Source: Phoronis australis
Lineage: Eukaryota; Animalia; Phoronida
Direction of reading: 5' to 3'
DNA length: 64,000 nucleotides
Assembly (NCBI GenBank): GCA_002633005.1
Contig: NMRA01000085.1
Location: 351,464-415,463, forward strand
Shown: one piece after another, positions 12,314 through 26,746 of the stretch
Layout of the letters: the number at the start of each line of letters is the position of its first letter
How positions within the stretch are numbered: position 1 is the first letter of the stretch
The notes under the pieces: generated by a model
Seen by the model: the letters and a program-made list of their open reading frames with translations, nothing else
Database searches by the model: none
Told to the model about the DNA's origin: nothing
Program-made: the position numbers and the translations under genes

Positions 12314-13791
12314 AATAATGTATCCCTGTAACAGTTCCACTTATACATGAGCTATCAAAATAAGACTTATGCAATTATTGTGAACAAAAACTCTTAAGTC
12401 GCATAAAACGAAATCGAAGCGATAATTTAGACAACTGTATCAGCGTTTTGGATATGTTATCTTAAGCAGTTATATCAAACGAAATTTGGTCATTTTATGA
12501 AGTCTGTTGTCTTTCAACCAATGTACCTTTTTACTAAATTTATTTAAAAACACGGTCAAGTGATCTAATTAAATTCAGATTCATATGAAGTCAACAACCA
12601 ATTTCTACGTATTTTTTATTTTCAGAAAATATGTACTTTTGCTGAGTTAAAATTTACAGTTTTGTAGGTACATGTATTTGCCTAAATCCTTGGTCTTGTA
12701 AGGCACTTTGTTCTCAAAACGCTCGAGCCAATTTGACACATCTTGATTAAACGGACTCACCTGGGGATTGGAAAAAACTGTCAAGTTTGACCTAAAGGGA
12801 TATGAAACCCAGTTGTGGCCATCTAGTTCTCTGGAACAATACAGTGCTCTGACACCCTCGACAATCCTAAAAAATTTGGAGCAAAATTTGAAAACTCCTT
12901 TCAAAATCTGCTTCCATGGGCAAGCGTGACCTACGCTCTAGGCGAGTCCACACACGGCAACTGTAGGGAAGGTCCACCTTCCAAGAAACATAATATCCAA
13001 TTTGTGACACGGAGAGTAAGAGTCGAGATTTAATAAAATCCTGCTTTTATCATTCAAGTTTGACACCAATGATGCATTTGCCGGGTTGGCAAAACGGTGA
13101 TCGGTGGAAATCATCAAAACAGGGTTTAGTATCCCTTTAATAATACTAACGAGGAAAAAGCAATATATCGGGTCACGCACACAGCCACAACCGCTTTGAA
13201 GTTGCTCATAATTTGAAGGTAATTATTCAGAATAAATTATGTTACCTACTGATGTCGTTTATCAGGTCTTTGGTGGACAGACGTTTAGCGCCACCTACAA
13301 TTCCAATGTAATGCTGACGAGTTGTGTCAACCTACCGGTATCAACAGCTTTTCAACAGCTTTACTGCTTTTATAATGCCGGCAAATCTCCACTGCTGTCT
13401 GTACGGTGAGATATACCAATGCCTTACGTGAAAGGCAAACCTTTTGAAATATCAATTAATTGATGAACAAGGACGTTATGTTTCATACATTTCCCACTGC
13501 GAAGACAAGAGCAGATTTTTGATCCCAGTCGTCGTCAAAAAGCTAAAATAAATTTTATTAGTAAACTTAAACTAATCAAACAATGGGCGTGGCTGACACT
13601 GATGATCTGCTTTCATATTTACAGACCACGACGTAGTAATTGAATTTCTATCCACCAAATGTGAGTCAGGATTAATAGGAAGTAACTTTCTTGCTCTCAT
13701 TACGTTAAAGAGCGTCAATATGAAAATTGCTCTAACTCATTTACTACGTAAGCCAACACTGCGTGTATTATCTTACTCATATGGAGTACAT

Positions 13792-15000
13792 TAGCCTGCG
13801 CGAAAGTAGTTCACTTCTATCCTTTTGCTCGGTAGACGGCGCTTTTGTAAACATGGTGGCTCGCGATTTCTGATTTAGGCAGTGAGTAGGCCTATCGCGT
13901 TTCTGAATAAATGTAAATGTTACTGAACAACTGTTGTAAGTCAATTTCCGAACGGGGAATCTAACTGGGGCCAGTCATGTACGCCTGTACCTTTGTTCTT
14001 GCATAAAAAGTGAGTGAAAAGGGGTCTGAATTGAAGGTAAATTGGTGATTTTCGACTCATCGCTGTGACTGTGGCCGCTTGGACTTCGACTTCACTGAGA
14101 GTTCAGTCTTATCACACCTAACTACTTCGGAAACAAGTCGGATATAATGTTTCCTGGTTTTGAGAATGACGCTATCAACATGTTGCAATATTAACTTCAG
14201 TGCAGGTTCACTAGTTATAGCTCACAGAGTCAGACTGTTAGTGTTAGCCAGATTGAACACACCAGTGACAGCAAATGTCTAGACTTGACCAGGCGAATAC
14301 ACGTGTTGTTGGTCACTTTATACCAGGGCAAAAATGGGAAACGAACAACAGGACAAGGACATGGTCGAAAAAAGTTGATAAATGTAACAACTGAATAACA
14401 CTCTTATTATTCAGTGGATTAGACAGTGACCACCGTCTCTAACTGGCATTTCGTTTTGTTCAAAACTCACACAGCTGCAGAAATCAGCAAGAATGGATGT
14501 CAGCAATCTCATTGCTCAGTCTTAAGATCGACAGAAACATGTACTAATGGATTGATTCGCCATCTGTTTCTAAGAAGCCAACAGGAGCAAACAGTTAGTT
14601 GACCATGGGCATTCAGTATCTGAGAATTATCAACAATCCAACCCTTTCTTGTCTAACATGTCTAAAGATTCAACCGAGCAATTTGATCGGAACCTGTTGT
14701 TTAAAATCAGTACATCTTTGGATGACCTTTGCAAGACTTCAGAAAAAGTGTGCTCAGACTTCCCATGAGGAACCTGGGTGACAAGCCGCTTCTTTGGAAA
14801 ATCGTCCACATGGGCTACCACTTCTGTTACTATGTGTCATTCACTACATATTGGAATGACTAAGAATGAATTCACTGTAGCCATAATGTTTGAGATACAT
14901 GTAGATGTTTGCCAAAAACCCTCAACTCTGTGCTGTACAGAGGCTATTGATTGCTGCGTGCATTCGTCATCATGCTGGCAATGGTGTATGTTTGAACATT
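13792..15000 (+). mobile_element. Possible Academ/AcademH-like element remnant (degenerate transposase N-terminal region)
   Basis: Starts with an Academ-like TAGCCTGCG terminus. Degenerate peptide LFKISTSLDDLCK...EFTVAIMF..MFAKNPQLCAVQRLLIAACIRHHAGNG followed by a GT donor resembles the RNxxLSAxQR motif of DUF6589-type transposases (from memory, unverified). Confidence 0.3.
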
Positions 15001-18000
15001 TTTCATGGCAAGAGATGGATCACGTTTATAGCTTATAATTGTTTTTAACATATATTTTTAGCAAAGGTGACAAAGTTGATGATAGTAATTAGATAGGTGA
15101 TTAAAAATTCTCCAGATTAAGACATCCTCCTAAATTCAGAACACAGAAATCTTTGCTGAAATTTAAGTTTTTCGTCTTGAAATTTGAGGCGTGAGTGATT
15201 TTTACATTTTCGTACTTCTCAAATTCCTAACGCTATGTTGTAGCATAACAGGTTGCAAGATTACTCTTGTAAGTTCATAAAAAGTGACTCTCGTGACAAA
15301 CATTTAATAAATTGTTACCATTCCCCTTGAATTTCTGACTGACAATTGTGTGAATTTCTAAAAATTGTGACAAGCTCCCACTTTGAACAAAATAGTTATT
15401 CACTGTCCCAAACTAGAGAATTTTTGCGTAATTAATTTTTGAAATTCTTATGTAGTTAACTGTAAAACTGATGGATGAATGTACTTGTTTATGAGAGGAT
15501 CTGTTTTAAGAAAAAATGTTGTAAAAGTGATGACAATTTATTGTTTAGCTTTTGATCTTAAGTGATGGTGTGGTAGTTTTCACCCGCTTTAAAATGTCAG
15601 TGACAAAAGGTAGAAATCATAAGTGACAACAGATATCAATAGTCCATTTCAGTTAGTGACTCTGAAGCAGATGATAATAGTGGCAGTACCCGTGGGGTTA
15701 AAGAGTGATGAAATAATGCTTTCGATTATAAAATCTTGAGGGACTCTCTGATATGTAAGCTACCAGTGTTTTTCTCACAAGAAATGATGTCTGTGTGTTG
15801 TCAAAATAACTTGCATACTGAGTTAGCCACTGAATGATCTCAGTGCTTCATATGGTTTAGGCGGTTTTAATCAAAGAATAATATTTGTTTTAATTGGCTA
15901 GACTGATACATACCAAGGGAACTTGAGCCATGTGATAAAATATTATTGTTTACATATGTTTTGGAAAAACTAAATGGTTAAATGAGATCATGAAATGTTA
16001 CAATTGTGTCTTTAGCATCTAACGTCAATGTATAATACAGGATAACTTTTACATAAACATTTAAAATGTTATAGATTTTGGATTTCCTATATATAGTTAA
16101 GGTTAAGAATGCATGCCTACATGATGTTCTCTGTACATTTGTTGCTTTGATAACACTACCACTGATGGTGTTACTCTATCAAAAATAAAAAATTAAAGGC
16201 CAACTTTGACAGTAAAATCACCCATGAAAATCTTATAATGATGTGGATTTCCGACTCTGTCCCAATTTTTTGTACTTCAGGGTGACCTAAAAGGGCTGCT
16301 GGGTTCCTTGTTAATTCCAGGTTGTCGTATCTCTTGGGAGGCATTTTTATTTAGTGCATCTGCATTGAATAAATTTATGTTTTCGATTATTTTTGGCGGC
16401 TTTCCAAGATTTCCGTAAAACTTCCAGGCTCAGATTTGGAAATTCTTGGTATTACAAAAGGCATAAAAATTGGTGCTGTGAAACCTGTTGTGATACGAAT
16501 AGATGTTATTGAAAGTATTTTTCAATTGCATTGAACTCATCATTCTAACACAATGTGTCCTTCGTTGATTATCACAATTGCCACGTTGGAAGCTAATTCC
16601 TTGTTTTGGAAGCTAATTCCATATTTTGCAAGCGTTTCACACCATCACTTGTTGATGTCAGAGCCTCGGGGTTAGCATACATTACTTGATAATTTCCTTT
16701 AGTTATATCACTAATTGGAACACATAGGCACATTTAGGGAGGCAGGGGCTGCCGCAAGCAAAATGAAACAGCAACAGCGCAACGCGTGAGGAAATATAAC
16801 TAGGCCCGGTACTGGAGAAGGTGGGACTCAGATCTCAGATCGTGGCTGGCTCTCGTTCACGTTTTTTATTTTTTCAATTCTTTTTAGTCGATAGATTTCC
16901 CGAAGAGAAGGTTCATACTCCGGCCACCGCAACTTTCGGGACGCCTGTACACATACAACCGTGCTCTGCTCAATTCCCGGAGGCAACATGTTGGGGCCCC
17001 CCTTCTGGTTCCTGATCTGCCACTGGAACAGAACTACAAAACGTCACCACTAGCTTCTTCATCATCAGTATCATCATCACTAATGTCTCGCAAAAATTGT
17101 TGCTATTCTGGTATTGTAATTTATGCGCGGCAAAGATCTACTAAAGTTTGGTGAACTACAGGGCTAATAAGCAAACAAATTGCTGTTCAGTGTGGGAACG
17201 TCAATAGCGCAATTAGTTGACCTGTCAACTGTGCTTCTTCTGTTAGTTTTATTTTAATCGCACAGTGAACCTTTTATGTTCACTTAGTGATAACTAAACC
17301 GTTTCAATGATGTTTTTCATTTTGAAATTGCTTCAATTAATACTACAGGTACTCCAACATCGTCCGCATTATTCGCGATTCTACTCGGGGATTCCATTGA
17401 CGGGGAATTCCCCGACTATGCGTGAGAAGGGAGATAAGTCTTTATTTTGATACGTAAACGAGTAGACAAATACTGATTTTCTCATCTACAAGGATTATAA
17501 TTTCCATTTTCAAGAACTTAGTCCTAAATGCTACAAAACTCATTCAAATTACAGCAATGACGAAACGTTTTTCTGCGGTTTATTTGGCGCGGATACGAAC
17601 CGATATGATCTCGCGAGATCCAGCCTCATCACCCGTTTTTCGCGGTATTTTGTAAATGTGATGAGCCACATGTGAAAGACTAGTCGCCAACCGACTAGAG
17701 CGACGTCTTTCGTGAAAATGACTCTAACTCAGATTAGGTGAAGTGCAGGACGCACCGTTTATTTGTAAAAAAGTACTTTAAAATATAATTGAACATTTAA
17801 AGTACACTGAGAGGTAAGGAGTTTACAGGAAATTACGACCTAATATCGTGTAGACAATTACAGAGTTTTAGCTGAAGGAAGACGAGGCGGTTTAATATCC
17901 TGTTTGTAGTTGCTTCTGTGCCCTCGCATCTATTGACTTGCACAGGGTTACCCCACATTTCACAACAAACAATTGGAAAAATGTTTTCATTTAAAATAGC

Positions 18001-19719
18001 ATCTGCTGCCTTCAGTAATCCCAGCGCATACGATTATTTCGATACCCGTTTATACAAAACATTCCCTAACTGAAAATGTGAAAGAAAAAAATAAGGTGAG
18101 AATTGTTACAAATGGGCCGCCGATTTTCTCACTCATTGAGGGTTTTTGGCTTAAGAATATCTTAACTAGGTAATGAAATTTCGAGACTTAATGAAAACGT
18201 ATGCTAAGATCATTTCATAAGATTTGTGGCCTAGGTTTAAGAACACCAATACGTTTCAGATATCTCGTCACTCCATGTACATAACTAATTCAAAGGGATG
18301 ATGGCAGGTAATCGGCTGTGGTTGAAACACAACAAAATATATAAACCGCTCTCACAGCAAAAACTCAAAGGACTCACTAACAGCCGTTCGATAACTATCC
18401 GTCATCTTGTTTACTCTTGGAATGTCCACCAGGTGTCGTTACATTAAATGTAACGGCTGCTCTCTCAGCAGACTATATTGGGGAGCCTAATCACTCCTTG
18501 GCTACCTACACTTTTATTTACATTAAGACATAACACAATGATTATTAAATTAAAAATTAAATTAGGAGGCCTTTTAAAGGTTTTCGACCGCTAAAAAGAA
18601 GGCCCCCCTTACATGAATAAACAAACAAAATTGAAAAAAAACAATAACAATAAGTATAATAGCCAAAATAGGAAAAGACAAAAATTGCAAGAGATACTTA
18701 AAAAAACGAGGTGAAGTAGCGCTGAACGGCTGACAGTAAGTGGACTGATACAGCTCTGGGGTTTTGGGAAAAACAAATTGCTAGATACCATTACATACGA
18801 AGCAGTTGGAAATATGGCAAATTGGATCGTATTTGCTAATTATGAAACTGGTTAAAAAGTTGGAGAATGCTTGCAAAGAGTGCAACGAGACAACAGGTGG
18901 CACTCCAAGTGATGACCGAAGCCTGATCAAATTCGGGGACCTGGCATCCGAGATGATTCTAGATTAGGGGTCGAAATTATCGACGAGGATGCTTTCTAGC
19001 GGATGACAGCACTTGGAGAGGCAGCAGAAAACATCTGTGTTTCCGGTAATTTTTATTGGATGGGTCTACTTAAGAAGTTGTAACTGTAAAAATACTTAGG
19101 AATCTGATTATTGAGTACATACATTATATGAAACATTATCCCACATACGTGCTGATACAGGCGTGTGATAAAGGAGGTATCAAACAGTATGATACGAAAG
19201 AACTACTATTCCGTATTCACATAAATGTAACCCATATCAGACCAAAAGTTAAAAGTCAAAGGTCACGTGCATAGGCAAACTAGAAAGAAGTGACAAACAG
19301 TATGCTTGAAAGCTTCCTTCCGACAACACCCGTCTTATCAATAATCTCTAGCTGTAATGCTGCTGCGAAACTCTTCAGATTATTGATAAACAGGTAATTA
19401 TTTTACTTCCTTATAACAACACAGTCTACGGGGCACAGGTCAAAGCTGTTATTGACTTTAGATGACCCATGAATTACGCGAACAGATTGTTAATACAGAT
19501 GACGTCCCTATTTATAACCTGGTTTATGATACCGAATTGATGTTCTATTGCAGTTTAATACAGAGGTCCTCGATTAATGTTCAAAGTGTTTTGGAATCTG
19601 ACATTAGTGATGACTTATTGAGGATGGGTCTACGTTTTGTCACTTCAACTCTCCTGAATTATCCGTGTTGATTATTGTTACGGCTACATGTTTTAGTTAC
19701 GCCACTAACAAGTTTGTCG

Positions 19720-20871
19720 CTACACGTGCTTTGTCGTCTGCTGCAAATTTCTGCGGCTGTGCTGCACTACGTCCGTGGCTGTAGCAGATTTATGGACTTG
19801 CAGCAGACAAAACATTCCACAGAAGGTTTTTCGAAAAACCGAACTCATGCTGCAATAAAGGACAAAATTTAAAGGGTAGCTGAGGAGGACCAGAACGTCG
19901 ACTGCAGCGACAGCTTTGGCGAATGAAACCGGGTCAAGTGTGGTGATGCCGAGTTGATCCGATAGAATAGTCACGGAAAAAACGACCCCTGTAGGAATTT
20001 CTGCGCAAAGTGTAACGACACTGACCGCTACAAGCATGGTTGTTGTGCGGGTGTTGAAAGAATCCAAAGCTTGCTCTCTTGAGTTACTCCACGGAGCTGA
20101 ACTCGCCATTTGTGCGCGTCTCGTTTGGCTGATGCGTATGTTGTAGATGAGGGCGATGTTAAGAACTAGTAGAATAGTGCCTGGAAAAAAGTTTTGAAAG
20201 ATTGCTCGAACAAGGAAATAAACTGAAAAATACCTCCTTTTATCAGTTATCCAAGACTCGTACACTTCGTTGCACCCAGTCACAAGAACAGAGTCATTTG
20301 TTTTCGACGAAATTACGATAGGATCGAAATGCGAATCCACAAATCGCATGAAGTTAACAGAGATTCCCAGGAAGCAGGTTAAACCTATCACGATACCAGT
20401 CTTCTTGTTTGTTACTTTGTAGCTCATGAAGGGTTTTCGCACAACGTAGAGACGCTGAGCAGCCATGACAACCGTAAGCCAAACAGAAATTGCATGCGTT
20501 GTGGTGGGAGTATGCATAAGCGTAAGCTTAAACGCTGTGCACCATTCGTAGGGGACCCAGTCGATATTGTTGAAGGTGAATATATACATCAGAACTGGCA
20601 GGGTTGCCAAAGCTGTTATTAAGTCTGCCACTGAAATGGCAATGAGTAACAAATTGACCGGGTTTATCTTCTTCATCAGCACCACACAAACGGAAACATT
20701 AGTAAAGAGAGTAAGAGCGCCGACAGAAGGGAACAGGTAACCGTAGATCGGCTGTTGGAATTCCTGAAACTCTCCGAAGAATAGAGCGTTCAAGGTACCA
20801 TTTGAAGTGCTGTTCAGAGCCTTCTTATAGTTGAGACTCAGAGAATCGATAGTATCCTTTTGGTCCGACAT
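19720..20871 (-). CDS. Rhodopsin-family neuropeptide GPCR, sex peptide receptor / MIP (allatostatin-B) receptor-like, 383 aa (paralog 1)
   Basis: Intact ORF with 7 hydrophobic segments and N-terminal NxS/T sites. SPR-type motifs: PIYGYLFP..TN (TM1), ADL (TM2), VPYEWC, HAISVWLTVVMAAQRL (QR in the DRY position), AEIP (TM6), SYPLNFVLYCSMSSVFRKTF (TM7/helix 8). Pyrimidine tract plus AG 8 nt upstream of the ATG implies an upstream exon. Confidence 0.9.
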   Translation of the reverse strand: MSDQKDTIDSLSLNYKKALNSTSNGTLNALFFGEFQEFQQPIYGYLFPSVGALTLFTNVSVCVVLMKKINPVNLLLIAISVADLITALATLPVLMYIFTFNNIDWVPYEWCTAFKLTLMHTPTTTHAISVWLTVVMAAQRLYVVRKPFMSYKVTNKKTGIVIGLTCFLGISVNFMRFVDSHFDPIVISSKTNDSVLVTGCNEVYESWITDKRRYFSVYFLVRAIFQNFFPGTILLVLNIALIYNIRISQTRRAQMASSAPWSNSREQALDSFNTRTTTMLVAVSVVTLCAEIPTGVVFSVTILSDQLGITTLDPVSFAKAVAAVDVLVLLSYPLNFVLYCSMSSVFRKTFCGMFCLLQVHKSATATDVVQHSRRNLQQTTKHV

Positions 20872-22803
20872 TCCAAATTCTAAAAATGTAAGTATCGTGC
20901 TGTCATAAATAATAGAAACTGAATATCATATAAGTAATAGACTTGTAATTTGCAATGGATTACGTGTACATGTATGTAGATTGAACAGCCAACGTGACAT
21001 TGTTTAAAAAGGAATTCTCAACCCTTGTTTGTGGATGTTTTCCACAGCATGGCTCATTAATTTCTGACGCATCATTGTCGAAGTGACCTGTTGCAAGTGA
21101 ACCACTATTATTTTTTAAGTTATGCCAAACTGTCCTCGCACACAAAGTTACATAAATCTATGACTTACAGGTACTGAACGTATAGAGCATTGTGTTTGCT
21201 TTTTACAAGAAACCTACGTGTAGTTTGATACTAGGGGCATTCGAACTCTAAATGGAAACTATTTCGTCATTTTCTGTTTTACTTTTGTGCGAACTCAAGA
21301 TACGTGGGCATTAGTCTGTGCTAGATTTCTTCGTAGTTCATGTGTATCACACACAGTCCAAGTTCGCGCTTGATGACCACTATATTTATGTTACAAACTT
21401 AAGTAAATACTTGAAATTTTGAGTAAAAGTCTCAATAACTCAAGTCCAGACTCTAACTTAGAATCTTAATGCTGGAGTCACCAACTTTAAACTAGCATTG
21501 GAAAATTATCCACGTAAGCCATGATGTATTTAAGCATGGAATAATGGTCACTTTTCTTCAATTCGCACAAAGTAAATAGAAAATGTCAAAATTAGTTTTG
21601 AGTTCGATTTCGAGTAAAAAGATTAAACCCCATGCCCTAGTGTCTTACCTATGGTAGTGCTGAGGAATCAATTGGTTTCAACAAGAGCCCGACCAAACAG
21701 CGGAGTTATAAAGCAAGAACTTTCGACCAGCACGGAAACGGGCAAAGTATTACCCGTATTTATAGAGTAACGCTGCCTTTATACAAATGTGTGTCGGTAC
21801 GTACATGGAAGTGGGTGCGACAAACCATTCCTGTTCATACAATTTAGATAATTTCATATGGTTTCATTATCGCTTTTCTTTCCAAAAGATGTTCGTCATA
21901 GTTCATATGAAAAGAAAGTGTAACGTAGAAACTAAGTTAAAAAACCTTTAACTAAATTAAACGAATTGTATTCTCTGAGTAATTTAACTAAAGCGCATTT
22001 CCTGTCACATTAAACCAACGGAAAGCGGCAGCGCAGAATAGGGTGTGATTCGAAAAGACTCGATGTACAGCAATATAAATGCAAGCGATCCACGTCACAA
22101 TATTGCACACAGCACTTAGTTATGTAGGACCATACGGAAAAACCAGTGAACATCTGTTTAGCCAAATATCAACAAAACTACAACTTTACACTTAGGAAAA
22201 GTATGCGTTTTCTGACTTAATGCTAGTCTCTCGTTGACTGGCTCACATGATCATACCTTTTACTAAAATTTAGGAAAAATAAAGTGGACATTCAAAACAA
22301 AGTAGTGGAAACAATCATGTAGAATTCTGAAAAACCCCGACACCCGATTTGTCAGTCAAAACCTAGTAATATTCACATTCATTGTTTGGTTGGCGCGCGT
22401 TTGTTTGTTGGTATTAGTGTTTTGCAGACGATAAAATGTAAAGCTATGGATTTCTACCTGCACTACTTTGTGATTCGCCCATCTAATATCAAAAAATTAC
22501 GTACTCGGTGTTATTAATCAGTCGTGTCGTAACACAATCCAGTTCATGTGAGAAACGGAACTGAACGTTTATACATAAAATATAAATTCACGCAGAGCTG
22601 AAATATGTGAATGTGAGAGTGAATATGTTTGTGTTCGTTTTCTTTTCTACTGTATTCCATTGTTAATTTCAGTTTCTGCAAATAAACTTGTTAAAAATGA
22701 AAAAAATAAACGGAACTGTAACTAATCACTGAACAACTGCATATCAGCAAGAAGGCATTTCAAGTGTGCAGACTAAAAACAGGTTTAACCTAAAGTTTAC
22801 ATT

Positions 22804-22930
22804 GAGGCGGCAGTGTGGCCCGGTTGATAAGTGCCCGCTTTCTTTACTCGAGGTCGTGGGTTCAAGTCCCATCAGGTCACATTGCTAAACCCTTGAGCCA
22901 GGTTTCTAGCTCCTCAGCTCGGTTTTAACC
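22804..22930 (+). mobile_element. tRNA-derived SINE (truncated)
   Basis: A box TGGCCCGGTTGA and B box GGTTCAAGTCCC, followed by a CCTTGAGCCAGG core-like segment; no intact cloverleaf. Confidence 0.65.
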
Positions 22931-24174
22931 ATATATCAATAAAGCATAAAAATATTTCCAGGTGATCAGTGCAATGGGCCCACATGCGAGGCCTGCGCAT
23001 GTCTGATACAACGTGTATCAGACCGCCTGCAATTATTTTTTTTAAAGTTTAGAATTTCCTGCTAATGATTAAAGTCATTGAGAGTTCTCCAAAAATATCT
23101 CCATCTGCTCAACTCTGGGCTCTGAATGAACCAGATGACTGTTTAACAGGAAAAGTAAAACACATTGCTGATACCAATGCACTACTTCCGAAACCATGAC
23201 TGACGTTTAGCTTGAAAAAAGAACAGGAAATGAAAAATAAAGCTCGATGCAATAACATCGTTGGTAACTAGGACCAGAAATAAGTTCCCAGCTTGTAAAG
23301 TTATGATGTTTCGTAGTGGAAAACATGGGTCTCCTCTAAAATGTTTCTTTGACGGCATGTACGGCCAAGCATATTGTGAATGCTTTTGAAGCATTCAATA
23401 AATTGACTCATGCAACTCTACTGGCGTAGTGTATACTACAGGTTCTCATCAAAAGTAATTTAACTGTTTGTTTTCGTGACAACAGCTCGAACAAGGTTTG
23501 AATTCAGTAATCCAGTGCCCTCCCTTTGCCGATCGAATCTCTCAATTTTGAAAAAATTCAGGTATTTTAATGACGAAAATGTACCTCTGCTACGAAACAA
23601 AACGATGTCTATAGGCCGAAATAGCTAAAAATGTAAGAATATAAAAACGATTTCCAGGGATTATCGCTAGTAGACTATAGTGCTGAGATCCAGCAGGCGT
23701 CGAGACAAAGGGCGGTCAGACGAGTGAAACTCCGGAGTCAAAATCACATAAGCCTGCACTATAGCCACAGAACTGAAAAGTGTGTATCTTGGAACAAGTA
23801 TTTGTGTTTAACCTTCTAGTAATCAAGCAACATTGCCAAGTTCAGCTGCTCGCGTACGTAGCGGTCGCACAGTTTGATACCTTGTTTAAACCTTTCGACA
23901 TATCACTTTTCGGCTTAGGAGATGCCCAAAAATGACCGGATATTCTTCTCGAGCTGCATAACGGCTGTCAGAATTACACACACCCTATCACCACCGTATC
24001 ACCATTCTTATCACGCAATTTCTTGAGCTACAGACTAAAATAAGTTTTAAACGACAACGTATTGTTTGTCGGCTAAAATAGACGAATGTGTGTCAAGAAT
24101 GCTGCGTTCTGATTGGTCAGTTAAGCCGTCAGTCGTAATCCTGGCGATAGGTCAATTAAAGGGCGGGTTGCTTA

Positions 24175-24336
24175 TAGGGGTGGATCCAGGCCGGATTTTG
24201 AGCCGGGGGGAGGCAGATCAGAGTATTAGCTAGGATTTTGCCCGTCAGACATTCGCAACCCCGAACTGCCAACTGGAATCTGGGAGAATTTTAAGGGGGT
24301 CATGGCCCCCTTGGCCCCCCTCTAAATCAGCTACTG
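24175..24336. mobile_element. MITE family C copy (CAGGGGCGGATCCAG-type; others at 28829-28984 and 50260-50553)
   Basis: Shared termini GGGGYGGATCCAGG ... CCCCCTxTAAATCxGCxAxTG and shared internal CAGAGTATTAGCxAGGATTTTG / CCCGAxxTGCCAA. Confidence 0.7.
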
Positions 24337-26000
24337 GCTTAGGCGAAGCGCCACATAGCGCTATGTAGAGAAAATCAATGCAAGGGTCTTCTACACTATC
24401 ACGCTACGTGGCGATCATTTTGGGTGACTTGGTTGTAACGCTTCAATGTAGGTGGCACTGAGTAATGCTGCTTTGGCACTTTTGGCAGATCGATCCAACA
24501 TTTACACCCGTATGTAGATTTAAATAGGGGTAACATGTGCCACGTGTATATTCGCAAGTGTGTAACTTTACATTTGAATGCCGGTATAATTCCCCAGAAG
24601 TTGGTGAAAACTTTACACCCATGTGTTGCTTGACACCCGGCCCTTACGTATTTGCGTTCACATGAGAAAATATATGTCGTACACCCGGATGTAAACAGCA
24701 TCGTGAAACAGAGCTTTAGTCTCACTCTTTTGATCACACGAAATGAAAACTTGTTGTTTTGGGGAAGTTCAGATAACGGCAACACATTTAGCTACAAATT
24801 AAGCTCCGTTTACAGAACGGTGCTTTCACCCGAATGTATATTTCAATCCTGGTGCATATTTACGTACGGTGTGTGTTTTTGCCGGAGGAACACTTGTACT
24901 CTCGGATGTAAAGGTACACTCTGGTGTGTCATTACACAACCTCTAGAGGTTGTGCTAATGCAAATTTGCACTGGTTCAAATGTACACCTGGCGCATGTAA
25001 ACGTGATTAAAATTACGCAGCGATATAACATAAGATCACTCCGCCAAATTGCAACTACAAAATTATTTCTATAAACTCATCTGTTCTTAAAGGTACACCT
25101 CTTCCTTTTAAACACCAGAAGATCCTCTGTTATCATATGTGGTTTGGTATGGTCTTTCATTGAAATGCTGAGCATTTGTTGCTGCTGATGCCGCTGCTGC
25201 TGCTACTGCTGCTGCTGGGAGAAACTTTTACAGGTTTTGCTCGTTATGTCACAGTTTCTCTTGATCCTTCATCCACGTGTAAAACGCACAACAGGCATAC
25301 ACGTAAATATCATAACATCAGGGCAAATCAGCTTTTCGGTTCACTTCAGGCTTGTTGCTCACTTTTCAGCTGTGACTCAGTGCTAATTGCAAGTATTCAC
25401 TAAAAACAGGAAAGCACTCTCTTTCGCCAGTTAAAGGGGTGCATGCTATTGAAAGTTCATGTATTCTTCTTTCGGATCCCTACCATTTGTCATCTACACT
25501 TATCTTTATAGTTTAACTATCCTACTGTTCAATAGTGAAAGTAAAAGTTGAAATTTTGGGTTTTGTTCATGAGATACATATACTCAAAAATTGATTTTCA
25601 ATTTTCAATACTTTTGGCACTTGTAATTAAACTGTAAATTGTTGCAACCCATTAAATGTTAACTAACACACTTTTAAGCAAAGCTAGTGTTGAATATACA
25701 TGTAAAGTTGTTGATTTAGATTTTGTTAACCAGGCTTTAATCAAAAGCCGTTAATCGATTCCCTGTTTCACCATTACGCTTTATCGAGCACGCTTGAGGG
25801 AAAATCGGTGTAACACACCAGACTGCATACTTAGAAATGCTTTGATGTCCTTCGGGTGTTCCCTTTTCACAAATGTTAGGCACCTCCTTTTGCACAGGTT
25901 AATAAGCCTGCTAACGTTGTTACGAATGATTTTCAGTTAGGTGACAGTTTGCTGTGTTAGTGTTGTTGGTTGCCGTTGGAGCGCTGTGGTTACAGAGCTA

Positions 26001-26252
26001 GGCCTTGTTCCAAGAAAACTGACTTAGCTGAGACAGATCTTAACTTTCAGTCAATTTTAAGATAAGACTTTTAAAAATCTGTCTCAAGATCATTTAAAAA
26101 AAGAGATCTTCAGATCGACTTAAGTTTTTGACTTAAGTATTGTCTTAATTTTGATTATCTTATCAGATTTAGAAGTTTCAAAGTTCGCAATTTGAGACAA
26201 ATCTTAGACTTAAGTAAAAAATGAACGTAAGTCAGTTTCTTGGAACAGGCCC
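26001..26252. mobile_element. PIF/Harbinger-type MITE
   Basis: TIRs GGCCTTGTTCCAAGAAAACTGACTTA ... TAAGTCAGTTTCTTGGAACAGGCCC, flanked by CTA/CTG; internal CTTAAG/AGATCT-rich repeats. Confidence 0.7.
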
Positions 26253-26534
26253 CTGCTCTTGATCGTCTGACTGGATTTGTACATTTTGCTCGCGTGCTTT
26301 GTCACGGGTAGACGTGCCGTGCTGTTAGCGAGATATAATATGCAAGTTCTTTACAAGTTGAATGTATCTATATTTTTTTGTAAATGAGCTGCTTAATATG
26401 AGTATGCTGATGCTAACTTTGTAGTTTTGACAGTTGTTAATAGTGTTTTTAGCCACTAGAGTCTCTGTGAGACATTTTGAAATTCACGGTTCATTTAATG
26501 GGTGCCGTCACTTTGGCCATTTTGTGACCTTGAG

Positions 26535-26746
26535 CATACGCGCACCCAGGGCTCGAAGGAGCCCCCCATTTGGCGAAGTGGGCAAAATAATAAACAAGAA
26601 GTCCGAGACAAAGTCCACTTAAGTGGCAGGAACTACCAAAATTCGGCGAACGCACAACTCACAGCTCTGAACGTACTTCGATTTTTCAGTAAAAGGTCCA
26701 AATTCTCAAAATTCGAGCCCCTATTTTTATGGTGGGTGCAAGCTTG
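26535..26746. mobile_element. MITE family B copy (others at ~380-611, 36340-36571, 50319-50467 inverted)
   Basis: Termini CATACGCGCACCCAG ... TGGGTGCRMRCWTG; shared internal GCTCGAAxGAGCCCCC, AAAGTCCAC and CAATTCAxAGxTCTGAAC blocks. Confidence 0.7.

Noticed and set aside
12647-13180. Two adjacent minus-strand ORFs as a gene or RT fragment
   Set aside because: Only a faint resemblance to RT (RIVEGVRALY); no convincing motif or splice structure.
25140-25260. Signal-peptide ORF (poly-Leu) or poly-Gln exon
   Set aside because: Arises from a short degenerate CTG/CAG repeat; TTG start or internal stop; no supporting exons.
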